From an uncultured Planctomycetales bacterium (lineage in GTDB: Bacteria; Planctomycetota; Phycisphaerae; UBA1845; PWPN01), in contig CAZXSA010000001.1 in the NCBI GenBank assembly GCA_964642815.1, forward strand, positions 1-61,552: DNA of 61,552 nucleotides. Direction: 5' to 3'. Below are positions 19,381-28,785 of the stretch, one piece after another. The notes beneath the pieces were generated by a model, which saw only the letters and a list, made by a program, of their open reading frames with translations, did no database searches and was not told the DNA's origin. The position numbers were made by a program, and so were the translations under genes. How positions within the stretch are numbered: the first letter of the stretch is position 1; the number at the start of each line of letters is the position of its first letter.

Positions 19381-22300
19381 ATGAGTTTCAATTTACGTAT
19401 CACCAAAGGCGCATGTGTCGTCCTGGCGGTGCTGTGCCTTGCCCCCGCCGCGTTTGCCGTGGATACGGTGATGAAATCCTATGAAGGCAACTATAGTGGA
19501 TGGGGGCATCAATGCGGTGCCGTCGACGGCACGAGCGATTGGAGGACATCCTCGTGTGCCGTTGACCAAGCGTTGATTTATGGGCCTTACGAACAACGCA
19601 TGCAACCTTCGGTGGCGGGACAATTTAAGGCCCGTTTCTGGCTCAAAAGAAACACGGGAACCGGTACCGCGGGTTGCGTCATCGACGTCGTCAACGCGGA
19701 TGGCGGTACACTCCTCGGGCAAAGAACGCTTACCTATAGCGAATTAACCACATCGTATGCCGCCTATGATGTCGATTACACCTGGCCCGGTCCAAACAAT
19801 CGGATTGAAACCCGGGTTTGGGTTAAAAACACCGGTTTCATTTTGTATGTCGATAAAATAGAGCATGTCGTGGTCCATTCCGATACCGCCGAAACCACGC
19901 TAAATGACAGTAATTTCACCAGCGATACTAACGGCTGGACAACCGCCGGATGGGTTGTTGCCGGTGGAGGTGGAAGTGCGGGTTCAATCACGCGTGACAC
20001 ATCAACCGGTAATCCCGCATCAAGCATGAAGTCCATCGGCTCAGGAACAACAAACAGTAGTGACACTTGTACCCGCGAAGGTACGACCTTGACTAAAACG
20101 ATTTCAACAGCGGGATACACCGATATCAGAGTCACCTACGATATAAGCAGCTATGCGTACAGCTATCCGGGTGATGGGTGTGCAGGAAATTGTACCGCAG
20201 GCCTGCTTCCAGGATCGTATACTTCTACTTTTCCCGATTGTTGGCGGACCAACCAGGACCAGTTAGTTGTCTATTACAGCACGAACGGCGGCACAAACTG
20301 GAATAAAGCCCAGATACTTACGGAGCGAGGAGATAATGGAAGCGAGGCGTTGCCTGGAGGCAACGGCACCACCTGGGCAACGAAAACCGTCTATCTATCG
20401 GGCCTGACCGCGGTTGAAAATAACGCCAATTTCGCCCTGCAGTTTAAAACCCAGTTTAACACCGGCTATGACATCATTTGGATTGACAATATCAAGGTCT
20501 ATGGCCGCAGCACATGCACGCCCCCGACGGCCCCGACCAATCCCGGATACGACATAAACAATACCACGACGGCGAAGATTCGCTGGACCTGGACGGACAA
20601 CTCGACCAACGAGACCGGCTTCAAGGTGTACGCCGATCCGGGCGCGGGTCCGCCCACGACCTTGCAGACCACGACTGGGGCCAGCGTGACTTACTGGGAG
20701 TACACGGGTCTTTCCGTCAATACACAATATGCCTTCCAGGTGGCCGCCACCAACGGCTCATGCGACAGCACCAAGACCGCCAACCTGGCCAAGTATACGC
20801 AAGCCAATGTCCCGGCCGCGCCTACCGTGGCTGGGGCGACTCCTTACACGCTTAACGTAACCGTCAACGAGAACAGTAATCCCACCAATACCACGTTTGC
20901 CATAACCATCAGTGGCGGGTCCTACACCGAGGGTACCCATTGGGTTCAGGCGGACGGCTCGATCGGCACAAGTACGGTCTGGCAAACCGATGCGACGTGG
21001 GGAACCAAGACGGTGACCGGCCTGGCCATCGGCACCACTTACACTTTCAAGGTCAAGGCCCGCAACGGCGACAACGTGGAAACAGCCCTGAGCACGGGCG
21101 CCTCCCTGGCTACCCTGACCGAGCCGATCGTCGCGGCCGGCGGAGCGGGCAGCTATTGTTACACCTGGAAACCCAAGCGGGACGGCCCCACCAAATTCAA
21201 CAACGACACGTTGCACACCAATCTTCAGGTACTCGATGAGGGCACGACTTCCTACGTGGCCGTGATGACCCCGGGTACCGGTACGATGACCTGGCATTTC
21301 CGCAGCAATGAGGGAACCAAGTTCTCCACCGACGTGACGGTTAAGACCATCTGGACCTTTTTCACGGCGGCCTCGAATTACATTAAAGGCGAATGGAGCA
21401 CGAACGGCACTAACTACACGGAGTTTATCTATCTGGATGCCAACGATGAGTGGTACGCCGAGGAGATCACCGCGCTGAACACCCGCGGTTACACGACCTG
21501 CAGCCGCGATTTATACATCCGTTACACGATGTACAACGCCTCGGCCATTAACCAGGTACAGATATGGCGCGATACCACGACGCATACCGACGAGAAGTTC
21601 TATCTTTGCGGCACCATTGTGGCGGCCCCCGTCGCCCCAGCCTCGGCGAGCAACACCGGTCCGATATGCGCCGGGGCCAGCGCCACGCTGAACGCAACCG
21701 GCGGTTCGGGAACGACGCTGAAATGGTATACAAGCAGTTGCGGAGGCACCCTTGCCGGTTCGGGAAACGGCCTGAGCGTCAGCCCGACCACAACAACCAC
21801 TTATTACGCCCGCTGGGAAACCCCTTGCGAAAATTCGACCTGTGCGCCGACCACCGTGGACGTAAACCCGTTACCGACCGCCCCAGCCTCTGCACAAACG
21901 GATCGGAACAATTTCTGCGCGGACGATTCAGGTAACATCAGCCTGTCGGCCACCGGCGGATCGGGCACCACGCTGAAATGGTACGCCGCCGGTTGTGGTA
22001 GCGGCACTTCGATTGGTTCGGGCACGCCCCTCGAGATCGCCTCACCGACGGAAACGACAACTTACTATGCCCGTTGGGAGAATTCCTGCGGATACTCGAA
22101 CTGCGCAAGCGTGACCGTGACGGTGTTACCGCTGCCAACAACGCCGGCCTCGGCACAAGTGGATCGGGACAATTTCTGCGCGGACGACTCGGGCAATATC
22201 AGCCTGTCCGTCACCGGAGGCAGCGGAACCACGCTCAGATGGCTTACCGGAAGTTGCGGCGGCACATCCATCGGCACGGGCAATCCGCTGGTCATCGCCT

Positions 22301-23976
22301 CACCGACGGAGACGACCATTTACTATGCCCGCTGGGAAACCTCCTGCGGTAACTCAAATTGCGCCGGTGTCACCGTGACCGTCTTGCCATTGCCGACGGC
22401 CCCGACCCAAGCTCAGGTGGATCGAAATTATTTCTGCGCGGACGACACAGGCAATGTCAGCCTGTCGGCCACCGGCGGATCGGGCACCACGCTGAAGTGG
22501 TACACCGGCGGTTGTGGTAGCGGCACCTCTATGGGTACGGGGACGCCCCTCGTCATCGCCTCGCCGACAGAGACCACAACTTATTATGCCCGCTGGGAGA
22601 CCTCCTGCGGTAACTCGGCCTGTGCCAGCGCCACCGTGACGGTGTTACCGTTGCCCGTGGCCCCGGTCTCGGCAAGTAACGACGGCCCGGTATGCCCAAG
22701 TGAAGCCGTCACCTTGACCTATTCCGGCGGATCCGGAACCACCTTGCGATGGCTGGCCGGAAACTGTAACGGCGAGTCGGTCGGCACGGGACAAAGCCTG
22801 GTAGTGTACCCGACACAAACGACGACCTTCTACGCCCGCTGGGAAACCTCCTGCGGCACCTCAGGTTGCGTGTCAACCACCGTGACGGTGAATCCGTTGC
22901 CGGCGGCTCCGACCTCGGCAAGCAACGACGGCCCAGTATGCGCCGGCTCCAGCGCCACGCTGAGCTACAGCGGAGGTTCGGGAACAACATTGAATTGGTA
23001 CGCGGGCGGATGTGGCAGCGGCACCCCCATCGGTTCGGGCAATAACCTGAACGTGAGCCCAACCTCAACGACCACTTATTATGCCCGTTGGGAAACCACC
23101 TGTGGTAACTCGACTTGCGAATCGACCACGGTGACGGTGGCGGCCAACACGCAGATTACCGATCATCCGGAAGACCAGAACGTGGTGGAATACGGGACGG
23201 CCAGCTTCACCGCCGCCGGCACCGGCGAGGGAGAACCCGGTTACCAGTGGCAGAAATACAATGACGCGACCGAAACCTGGGACGATCTGGACGGGGAGAC
23301 CGCGGACACCCTGGAGATCGCGGGCGCGATCGATGACGACGAAGGTCTGTACCGTTGCATGGTTACGGCCGACTGTGACGCGGTACCCACCGACGCCGCG
23401 GAGTTGACCATCGCCCCGCAAATCCTCACATGGGAGAGTGTCAAGGTGCATGGGAGCGCGGGCGAGATCGCCTTGGCCATGCCCGCGGGCACCCCGCTGG
23501 TCGAGCCGCGCCGGGGCGATCTGGTCATCCGACTGACGTTCAATCGGGAGGTTCTCGCCGCCGACGGGACGCTGGATGCCAATGATTTGACTATCAAGGA
23601 TTCCGCGAATAATAGCTACACCCCGAAAGCCCTGGCCTTCAGTAACGGCAGCCAGGGGAACGAACTGGAAATCACCCTCGACGGAACCCAGGCGGACCGG
23701 AAGCGACTGACCCTGGAGCTGGCGGACGGCAAATTCCGCCGGCCGACCTCGACCAAGGCGGTCCTGGCGGGAGGCCGCAACCGCGTGATTCGCTACCTTA
23801 TCGGAGACTTGGATGGCAGCGGGGCGGTTAATATCTTGGATTGCAACGCATTCAAACAAGAAGTCCTTCAGGCCGCCACCGCGGACAACGCCCGTTGCGA
23901 TGTGAATACAAGCGGTAGCATTACCATCGTGGATCTGGCCCTGATCAAGAGCAATCTGGCTAAAACCGTACCCTGA
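19381..23976 (+). CDS. giant secreted adhesin-like protein: jelly-roll-like N-terminus, 2 FN3-like domains, 6 tandem Cys-containing repeats, Ig-like domain, C-terminal dockerin
   Basis: Signal peptide ending AFA|VD. FN3-like segments about 20518..21120 (KIRWTWTDNSTNETGFKVY). Tandem repeats 21625..23142. Ig I-set-like segment 23149..23415 (GLYRCMV). Two-segment dockerin 23803..23973 (DLDGSGAVNILD, DVNTSGSITIVD). Confidence 0.7.
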   Translation: MSFNLRITKGACVVLAVLCLAPAAFAVDTVMKSYEGNYSGWGHQCGAVDGTSDWRTSSCAVDQALIYGPYEQRMQPSVAGQFKARFWLKRNTGTGTAGCVIDVVNADGGTLLGQRTLTYSELTTSYAAYDVDYTWPGPNNRIETRVWVKNTGFILYVDKIEHVVVHSDTAETTLNDSNFTSDTNGWTTAGWVVAGGGGSAGSITRDTSTGNPASSMKSIGSGTTNSSDTCTREGTTLTKTISTAGYTDIRVTYDISSYAYSYPGDGCAGNCTAGLLPGSYTSTFPDCWRTNQDQLVVYYSTNGGTNWNKAQILTERGDNGSEALPGGNGTTWATKTVYLSGLTAVENNANFALQFKTQFNTGYDIIWIDNIKVYGRSTCTPPTAPTNPGYDINNTTTAKIRWTWTDNSTNETGFKVYADPGAGPPTTLQTTTGASVTYWEYTGLSVNTQYAFQVAATNGSCDSTKTANLAKYTQANVPAAPTVAGATPYTLNVTVNENSNPTNTTFAITISGGSYTEGTHWVQADGSIGTSTVWQTDATWGTKTVTGLAIGTTYTFKVKARNGDNVETALSTGASLATLTEPIVAAGGAGSYCYTWKPKRDGPTKFNNDTLHTNLQVLDEGTTSYVAVMTPGTGTMTWHFRSNEGTKFSTDVTVKTIWTFFTAASNYIKGEWSTNGTNYTEFIYLDANDEWYAEEITALNTRGYTTCSRDLYIRYTMYNASAINQVQIWRDTTTHTDEKFYLCGTIVAAPVAPASASNTGPICAGASATLNATGGSGTTLKWYTSSCGGTLAGSGNGLSVSPTTTTTYYARWETPCENSTCAPTTVDVNPLPTAPASAQTDRNNFCADDSGNISLSATGGSGTTLKWYAAGCGSGTSIGSGTPLEIASPTETTTYYARWENSCGYSNCASVTVTVLPLPTTPASAQVDRDNFCADDSGNISLSVTGGSGTTLRWLTGSCGGTSIGTGNPLVIASPTETTIYYARWETSCGNSNCAGVTVTVLPLPTAPTQAQVDRNYFCADDTGNVSLSATGGSGTTLKWYTGGCGSGTSMGTGTPLVIASPTETTTYYARWETSCGNSACASATVTVLPLPVAPVSASNDGPVCPSEAVTLTYSGGSGTTLRWLAGNCNGESVGTGQSLVVYPTQTTTFYARWETSCGTSGCVSTTVTVNPLPAAPTSASNDGPVCAGSSATLSYSGGSGTTLNWYAGGCGSGTPIGSGNNLNVSPTSTTTYYARWETTCGNSTCESTTVTVAANTQITDHPEDQNVVEYGTASFTAAGTGEGEPGYQWQKYNDATETWDDLDGETADTLEIAGAIDDDEGLYRCMVTADCDAVPTDAAELTIAPQILTWESVKVHGSAGEIALAMPAGTPLVEPRRGDLVIRLTFNREVLAADGTLDANDLTIKDSANNSYTPKALAFSNGSQGNELEITLDGTQADRKRLTLELADGKFRRPTSTKAVLAGGRNRVIRYLIGDLDGSGAVNILDCNAFKQEVLQAATADNARCDVNTSGSITIVDLALIKSNLAKTVP
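21625..23142 (+). repeat. six in-frame tandem repeats of 82-87 codons inside the giant adhesin gene
   Basis: Unit starts at 21625, 21871, 22129, 22387, 22648 and 22894. Consensus PLPxAPxSA...C......L.a.GGSGTTL.WY.G.CG....G.G..L.v.PT.TTTYYARWET.CG.S.C....VTV. Units 2-4 share long identical DNA runs (for example cagcctgtcggccaccggcggatcgggcaccacgctgaa occurs in units 2 and 4). Confidence 0.9.
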
Positions 23977-24008
23977 GAAGGGCTCAATGAATAAGTAAAG
24001 GATGGTGG

Positions 24009-24635
24009 ATGATGAAAAGAGGTTTTATCTTATCAGCAACCGTTGGCGTGCTTCTGGGAGCGACCGGGGTTTGGGGATTCCCAACCCTCACGATCGTGGA
24101 CACGGTCGACGACCCCAACAGCATCAGCACGACCGCCGGGACCACGTTTAATGTTCAGGTGCGGGTCAACACCGACGTGAGCCTGACCGGCCTGCAACTG
24201 CGCGTGCAGGAGACCACGGCGCCGCCCTCCGGCTTCTTTCAGTTGAATTCGGTCAGCTTTAATACGCCCACCTGGAGCAGCGATACCGGCGATCAATACG
24301 TGCCCGCCCTGCCGGACCTGATGGACGCAGCGAGTTATAAAACCGATTACATCGCAGATCTCGCCGGCGACTTGGTCAACGGGACGGGTACGGGGACTTT
24401 CTCTTTCGCGACCCTGAACCTGACCTATACCGGCGCGCTGCTGGGCACGTACACCCTGAACCTGTCGGACATTCTTTACGGCGACCTCAATTTCGACGAG
24501 TTCACCAACGCCCTGACCGGTCAGGACTACGTAGTGACGATCATCCCCGCGCCCGGGGCCACTCTACTCGGCATGATCGGCCTGGGCTGCGTGGGCTGGT
24601 TGAAAAGACGATGGCCCCAATCGCTGACTAATTAG
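24009..24635 (+). CDS. cohesin-like module protein with PEP-CTERM-type C-terminal sorting signal
   Basis: Signal-like N-terminus. The module is paralogous to 17693..18157. The C-terminus IPAPGATLLGMIGLGCVGWLKRR (24540..24632) has a P-x-P motif, a hydrophobic helix and a basic cluster, as in PEP-CTERM/exosortase substrates. Confidence 0.65.
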   Translation: MMKRGFILSATVGVLLGATGVWGFPTLTIVDTVDDPNSISTTAGTTFNVQVRVNTDVSLTGLQLRVQETTAPPSGFFQLNSVSFNTPTWSSDTGDQYVPALPDLMDAASYKTDYIADLAGDLVNGTGTGTFSFATLNLTYTGALLGTYTLNLSDILYGDLNFDEFTNALTGQDYVVTIIPAPGATLLGMIGLGCVGWLKRRWPQSLTN

Positions 24636-24658
24636 CGATCCGAGCGGACCAAACGCTT

Positions 24659-25009
24659 ATGATACTCAAGCCGTTGAGAAGGCGGTCGTTTCCTTTAGCA
24701 GGATTAACGGCCGCCTTTGTCGTGGCCTTCATCGCCCACGACATGGCCCGCTCCGATTTCACGGATACGGGATCCACCGACATCGAGAACCAAAAAAGGA
24801 TCCCCCGAGCCCTTCCCCAACCCGCGCCCGAGGAAAATCCATTCGTCGCCAAGGCAGACCGGCTATACAATGAAACGACCTTATCTCGGCGGCGGACGGA
24901 GCAAACCTGGTGGAGCAAATGGGAAAACGCGGCGGCCTTGGTATTGCTGGCCGGCTTGGTGGGCTTTTTTACTTACCGGATAATCGTTTTCAGGCATATC
25001 CGAAGGTAA
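24659..25009 (+). CDS. hypothetical small membrane protein (two predicted TM segments)
   Basis: ATG ORF 24 nt after the PEP-CTERM gene. Hydrophobic segments LAGLTAAFVVAFIA and AAALVLLAGLVGFFTYRIIVF. No recognisable family. Confidence 0.35.
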   Translation: MILKPLRRRSFPLAGLTAAFVVAFIAHDMARSDFTDTGSTDIENQKRIPRALPQPAPEENPFVAKADRLYNETTLSRRRTEQTWWSKWENAAALVLLAGLVGFFTYRIIVFRHIRR

Positions 25010-25158
25010 CCCAGGTCGTGCATGACCGCTTCGGTCAACTTTCGCGGAGAGTTCGTCTTACGGTAAGTTTCCCAGACCCGAATGATCCGGGGTTGGCCTC
25101 CGTCCCAATACATTCCGTCGGGGACGGATCGCGCCTGCTTTCGCGGCGTTGCGTTCTC

Positions 25159-25779
25159 TCAACATGAAGGACCAGCATCGATCCAGGAAGGCGGGTCGAT
25201 TATTTCGACCAGATCGTTCGCCACCTCGACGCTGACACTTTGCCCCAGAATAGTCACGTTCAGGTGGAGCTTCGCGCCTTTGGCGAGATATTCGATCACT
25301 CCCTCCAACCCCTGCAGCGGACCGGCAATGATCCGTACCCAGTTCCCGGTTCTTAAATATCGGGTGACGAACAATTCGGGCGTATTACTCAGCAAACGCT
25401 GGATGTGCAACAACTCAGTAATCAATTGTTGTTGATCCGGAACATTGAGCACATGGGCAATGCGATTGGTTTGCAAGGCTCGATACCGCTGTTCCTCGCT
25501 CCCTTTGAAAAAGAGGTATCCGCGGAATAAGGGAACCAGACTCCGGGACACCCGCCGGGTGGTCCGGCTACGGGTGACGCTCTGCCGTAGCGGCAGGTAA
25601 TGAGGAATTTTCAGACGAGACAGCTCTTCCGCCAGTTTTTTCTCTTGTCGCGCCCGCGTATGGGCAACATACCACCGGCCGGAACCTGCAGCGGTAAGTT
25701 GACATTCGGATTGCATCGCGATCGCCCTACCGGCCGCCTGATGCGACGGACTTTCAGGACCAGAGGTAAAACCGGACAT
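25159..25779 (-). CDS. NusG-like transcription antitermination factor paralogue (RfaH/UpxY-like)
   Basis: NGN-like start WYVAHTRARQEKKLAEELSRLKIPHYLPL. KOW motif GNWVRIIAGPLQGLEGVIEYL. A later start at MQSECQ is possible. Confidence 0.75.
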   Translation of the reverse strand: MSGFTSGPESPSHQAAGRAIAMQSECQLTAAGSGRWYVAHTRARQEKKLAEELSRLKIPHYLPLRQSVTRSRTTRRVSRSLVPLFRGYLFFKGSEEQRYRALQTNRIAHVLNVPDQQQLITELLHIQRLLSNTPELFVTRYLRTGNWVRIIAGPLQGLEGVIEYLAKGAKLHLNVTILGQSVSVEVANDLVEIIDPPSWIDAGPSC

Positions 25780-26160
25780 CAGGGGACTTTTCCGAAAGAA
25801 CCACGTTTATCCCATCTTTGTTGCCTATCGAGTCATCCCTCGACAGGGTTGGCGCCGCGACAAACGATATCAGGGATTCATTCTTGCGGCAATGCGGCAA
25901 AACGCAAGGACTGTCGCGGATAATGGGTGTCCGGACCTTCGAGGCCCGGCGATTTCGATGACGATTGTCCCCCGGGCAACTCCCTCGACCGGATGCCGGA
26001 TACCGGATAATATGCGCGCCAACGAACCTCGGGTTCGGATACGGCCCGACCTCACCGAAAACAGGTATATGGTCCAACGAAAATCTCGACGTTTTCCCTG
26101 TCGGACGGGCTTATTCAGAATACAGATAATCCTATTCATCGCGTTAGAGACTAACACCGT

Positions 26161-28488
26161 ATGGTCGATCGGAAACCGTCATCCTCATATTCGCGGCCAG
26201 CCTCGGGCGGCGGCTCGCGCAAGGACGGACGCCCGAGCAGGCAGCGACCGCCTCGCCCCGCGCTTCCGACTCCGGAGAACGATCATAAGGAGACGCCACT
26301 ATTGCCGCCGGTTGATCCGGAACAAGCGGTCACCGTGCGGGCGGGCAGGGCGACGGCGCCTTGGGGGTCGATGAATCTATCGCTTGCGGGTTTGTCCGGA
26401 CTCATCGAGCCGTTGGCTATCCTCGTCGGGTTGGCCGCCGGCTGGCAGTTGTTCGGCATGCGGATGATCGTGGCGGCGGCGATGGATCCACTCCCCTCGA
26501 CCTCGATCATGGTAGTCGCCATCGCTTTGCTGGCCGCGGCTTTGGGACCTTGGTTTCCCGAACGGGTCATTCTATGGGTAACCCGTATGGTTACTCGACG
26601 GACCCAGAAGCACGACGGCCCGATCGGTGACGTGTCCGGCACGTTCTGGATGTTGCGGGCGGCGCGCGAGCGTGACCCGGCCATGCATTGGCTCGCCGTC
26701 TCCGTGCTATCCACCGTCGCCGCTCTGGCGGCTTTGCTCACCCTGGCCCTGACCCGGCCGTCTATTCAGCTTTACCACTATTTGCTGGAGCGTTTTTTCT
26801 GGACCAGCACGACCCTGGCCGTTCTGGAATGGACCGGCGTATCGCTTTTCCTTGGAGGTTCGTGGGCGTTAAATGGACTGGTGCTCTCCACCTTGTGGTC
26901 CGTCTGGGGCGTGGGGCGGGCCGCCTCGCGTCACTCGGCCGGCGTCCCCTCGGGCTTGATGATCGGTTTTGCTCTGGCGGCCTGGACTCATGAAGCCTGG
27001 GTCAGTGGCGGCTTGTCGGGTGGGCAGAGTTATATGCTCGGCATTTTACCAATGTTCATACTAGCCGGCGTGGCCGCCAAACGTTCGCAACAATTGGACC
27101 TGCCACCCCGCCAACCCCCCGTTTTGGATTCCGCTACTCCGGAGTTCAGCGCGGCCGCCGAAAGGATTATCTGGATATCCCTGGTCGCCTGGGGCGTAGC
27201 CACCGCGTGGGCGGTGCAGGGCTGGATGGCCTGTCGGGCGATCACTACACCGATTGGCTTGCCAACCCTTGCGACCGCCGGGTGTATCCTCGTGGTCGGG
27301 CTTGGTTTTCTCCTCGCTTCGTATAGAAGCCGTCATCACGACGGCACGGCCTCGGGTTGCGGCATGGCCTTGTGGGTTGCGGGACTGGGCATGGCGGCCG
27401 CGGCCACCAGCGTTGCTTTCTGGCCGACGGGGCATTGGGCGGGGCTGGTCCAGGCCCTCTGTCTGGGCTGGCCGACAGGATACGCGTTGCGCTATATTAA
27501 ACGTGCCTGGTTGGCCCGGGTGGGCAGTGAAACCCTGGGCTACGAGCAATTGCTCAGCGCCGTATTTGGCGGTCTGGGAATCGGCCTGCTTTCCGGCCAT
27601 TTCTGGGCAGGCCCCCAACTCGGCGCAATGGGTACGATCAGCGCCGGTTCACTGATGCTGATGGCCTGGGGCGGTTTGCTGCAAATCTACGTGAACGATC
27701 GGCCGCTGCGCATTCAGCATCAACGACTGGCGTTAGTGTTCGCCTCGCTGGCGGGGGCCATCGCCCTGCTGCCGGCCGATGCGCGCAGGTGGGTCGAATT
27801 TCGACGCGGGCTGCCCCAGTCCGTCCCGGCAACCGTGCAACTCGACTGGCTCGGGGAGACCGCCCCTTTGATGGGACGGCGGGTGGCCATGATCGGGATC
27901 ACCGCCGATGAGGCGTTGGCCTGGTGCGGTCCGCGGCCCGTGAGAGTGGAGGTCATGCCGTTGGCGCGTTCCTGGTCCTCCGCTCATCCGCCGGTACGTT
28001 TTTCGGATCAAGTAATATTATTCGCCGACAGCGCTTTTCGCCGTCTTCGCTACGAGCATGGCTTGTACGATCTGATCTATCAGCGCTGTCGATCCGCTCC
28101 ATGCCTGGCGCGTTTCGCGGAATATTCCGACGAATGGTTTGTTCTATTGGCCACCCGTGTCGCGTCGGGTGGCGAGGTGGTCGTGGATGTCCCCATTTCC
28201 GGGTTAAGCGCTGAAGCCCTCGCCGTCATCGCCGCCACGTTTCAGCAGGCCATGCCCGGCCCGACGGGATGGACGCTCGTGCGCGCCGAGCCGGCGTACC
28301 TTCGCCTTCGGGCCTTGGTGGGCGATCGGGAAAATCGAATCCTCCGTTTGGAAACTTCCTGGATGTCGCTGGACCGCCTCCTGACCGAGGATGTACGCCC
28401 TCATTCGATACTGCGGGACCGCGTGACCCCACGGCTCGCGCTCGATGAACTGAAATCCGCGGATTGGGAGAACTTGCTAAAACCCTGA
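26161..28488 (+). CDS. polytopic membrane protein with C-terminal spermidine-synthase-like (class I MTase fold) region; function unknown
   Basis: Arg/Pro/Ser-rich N-terminus, more than 10 hydrophobic segments, then VAMIGITADEAL...VRVEVMPL...YDLIYQR, which resembles the fused-MFS/spermidine-synthase family layout. A later start at MNLSLAGLSG is possible. Confidence 0.4.
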   Translation: MVDRKPSSSYSRPASGGGSRKDGRPSRQRPPRPALPTPENDHKETPLLPPVDPEQAVTVRAGRATAPWGSMNLSLAGLSGLIEPLAILVGLAAGWQLFGMRMIVAAAMDPLPSTSIMVVAIALLAAALGPWFPERVILWVTRMVTRRTQKHDGPIGDVSGTFWMLRAARERDPAMHWLAVSVLSTVAALAALLTLALTRPSIQLYHYLLERFFWTSTTLAVLEWTGVSLFLGGSWALNGLVLSTLWSVWGVGRAASRHSAGVPSGLMIGFALAAWTHEAWVSGGLSGGQSYMLGILPMFILAGVAAKRSQQLDLPPRQPPVLDSATPEFSAAAERIIWISLVAWGVATAWAVQGWMACRAITTPIGLPTLATAGCILVVGLGFLLASYRSRHHDGTASGCGMALWVAGLGMAAAATSVAFWPTGHWAGLVQALCLGWPTGYALRYIKRAWLARVGSETLGYEQLLSAVFGGLGIGLLSGHFWAGPQLGAMGTISAGSLMLMAWGGLLQIYVNDRPLRIQHQRLALVFASLAGAIALLPADARRWVEFRRGLPQSVPATVQLDWLGETAPLMGRRVAMIGITADEALAWCGPRPVRVEVMPLARSWSSAHPPVRFSDQVILFADSAFRRLRYEHGLYDLIYQRCRSAPCLARFAEYSDEWFVLLATRVASGGEVVVDVPISGLSAEALAVIAATFQQAMPGPTGWTLVRAEPAYLRLRALVGDRENRILRLETSWMSLDRLLTEDVRPHSILRDRVTPRLALDELKSADWENLLKP

Positions 28489-28785
28489 AAACACACAAGC
28501 AACCCGCGTGACGAACTCCCGTACGCTATTCCCGCGGTCCCTGCTTTGAAAGAAACATACCGCTCATACGCCGACTCTATGCCTGCCTGATAACCGACCC
28601 GCCACGGTCGTAATCGCAAGTTATCGGAGCATGGCCACGTCACCGTTGCCCCCTTGGGAGATGTAACAGAAGTCACCCTGGTTCCTTTCCGATACAGAGG
28701 GATGCCTCTTGTCCACCGGATTTGCATGATTTTGTCTCGGGCCAGGGTGTGCAAGATCGGTAATAAGCATGGATCTCCCGAACGT

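Noticed and set aside
28489-28785. Sigma-54 type promoter upstream of the pilin gene (TGGCCACGTCACCGTTGCC)
   Set aside because: The GG-to-GC spacing is 3 nt longer than the -24/-12 consensus (TGGCAC-N5-TTGC), so it does not fit.
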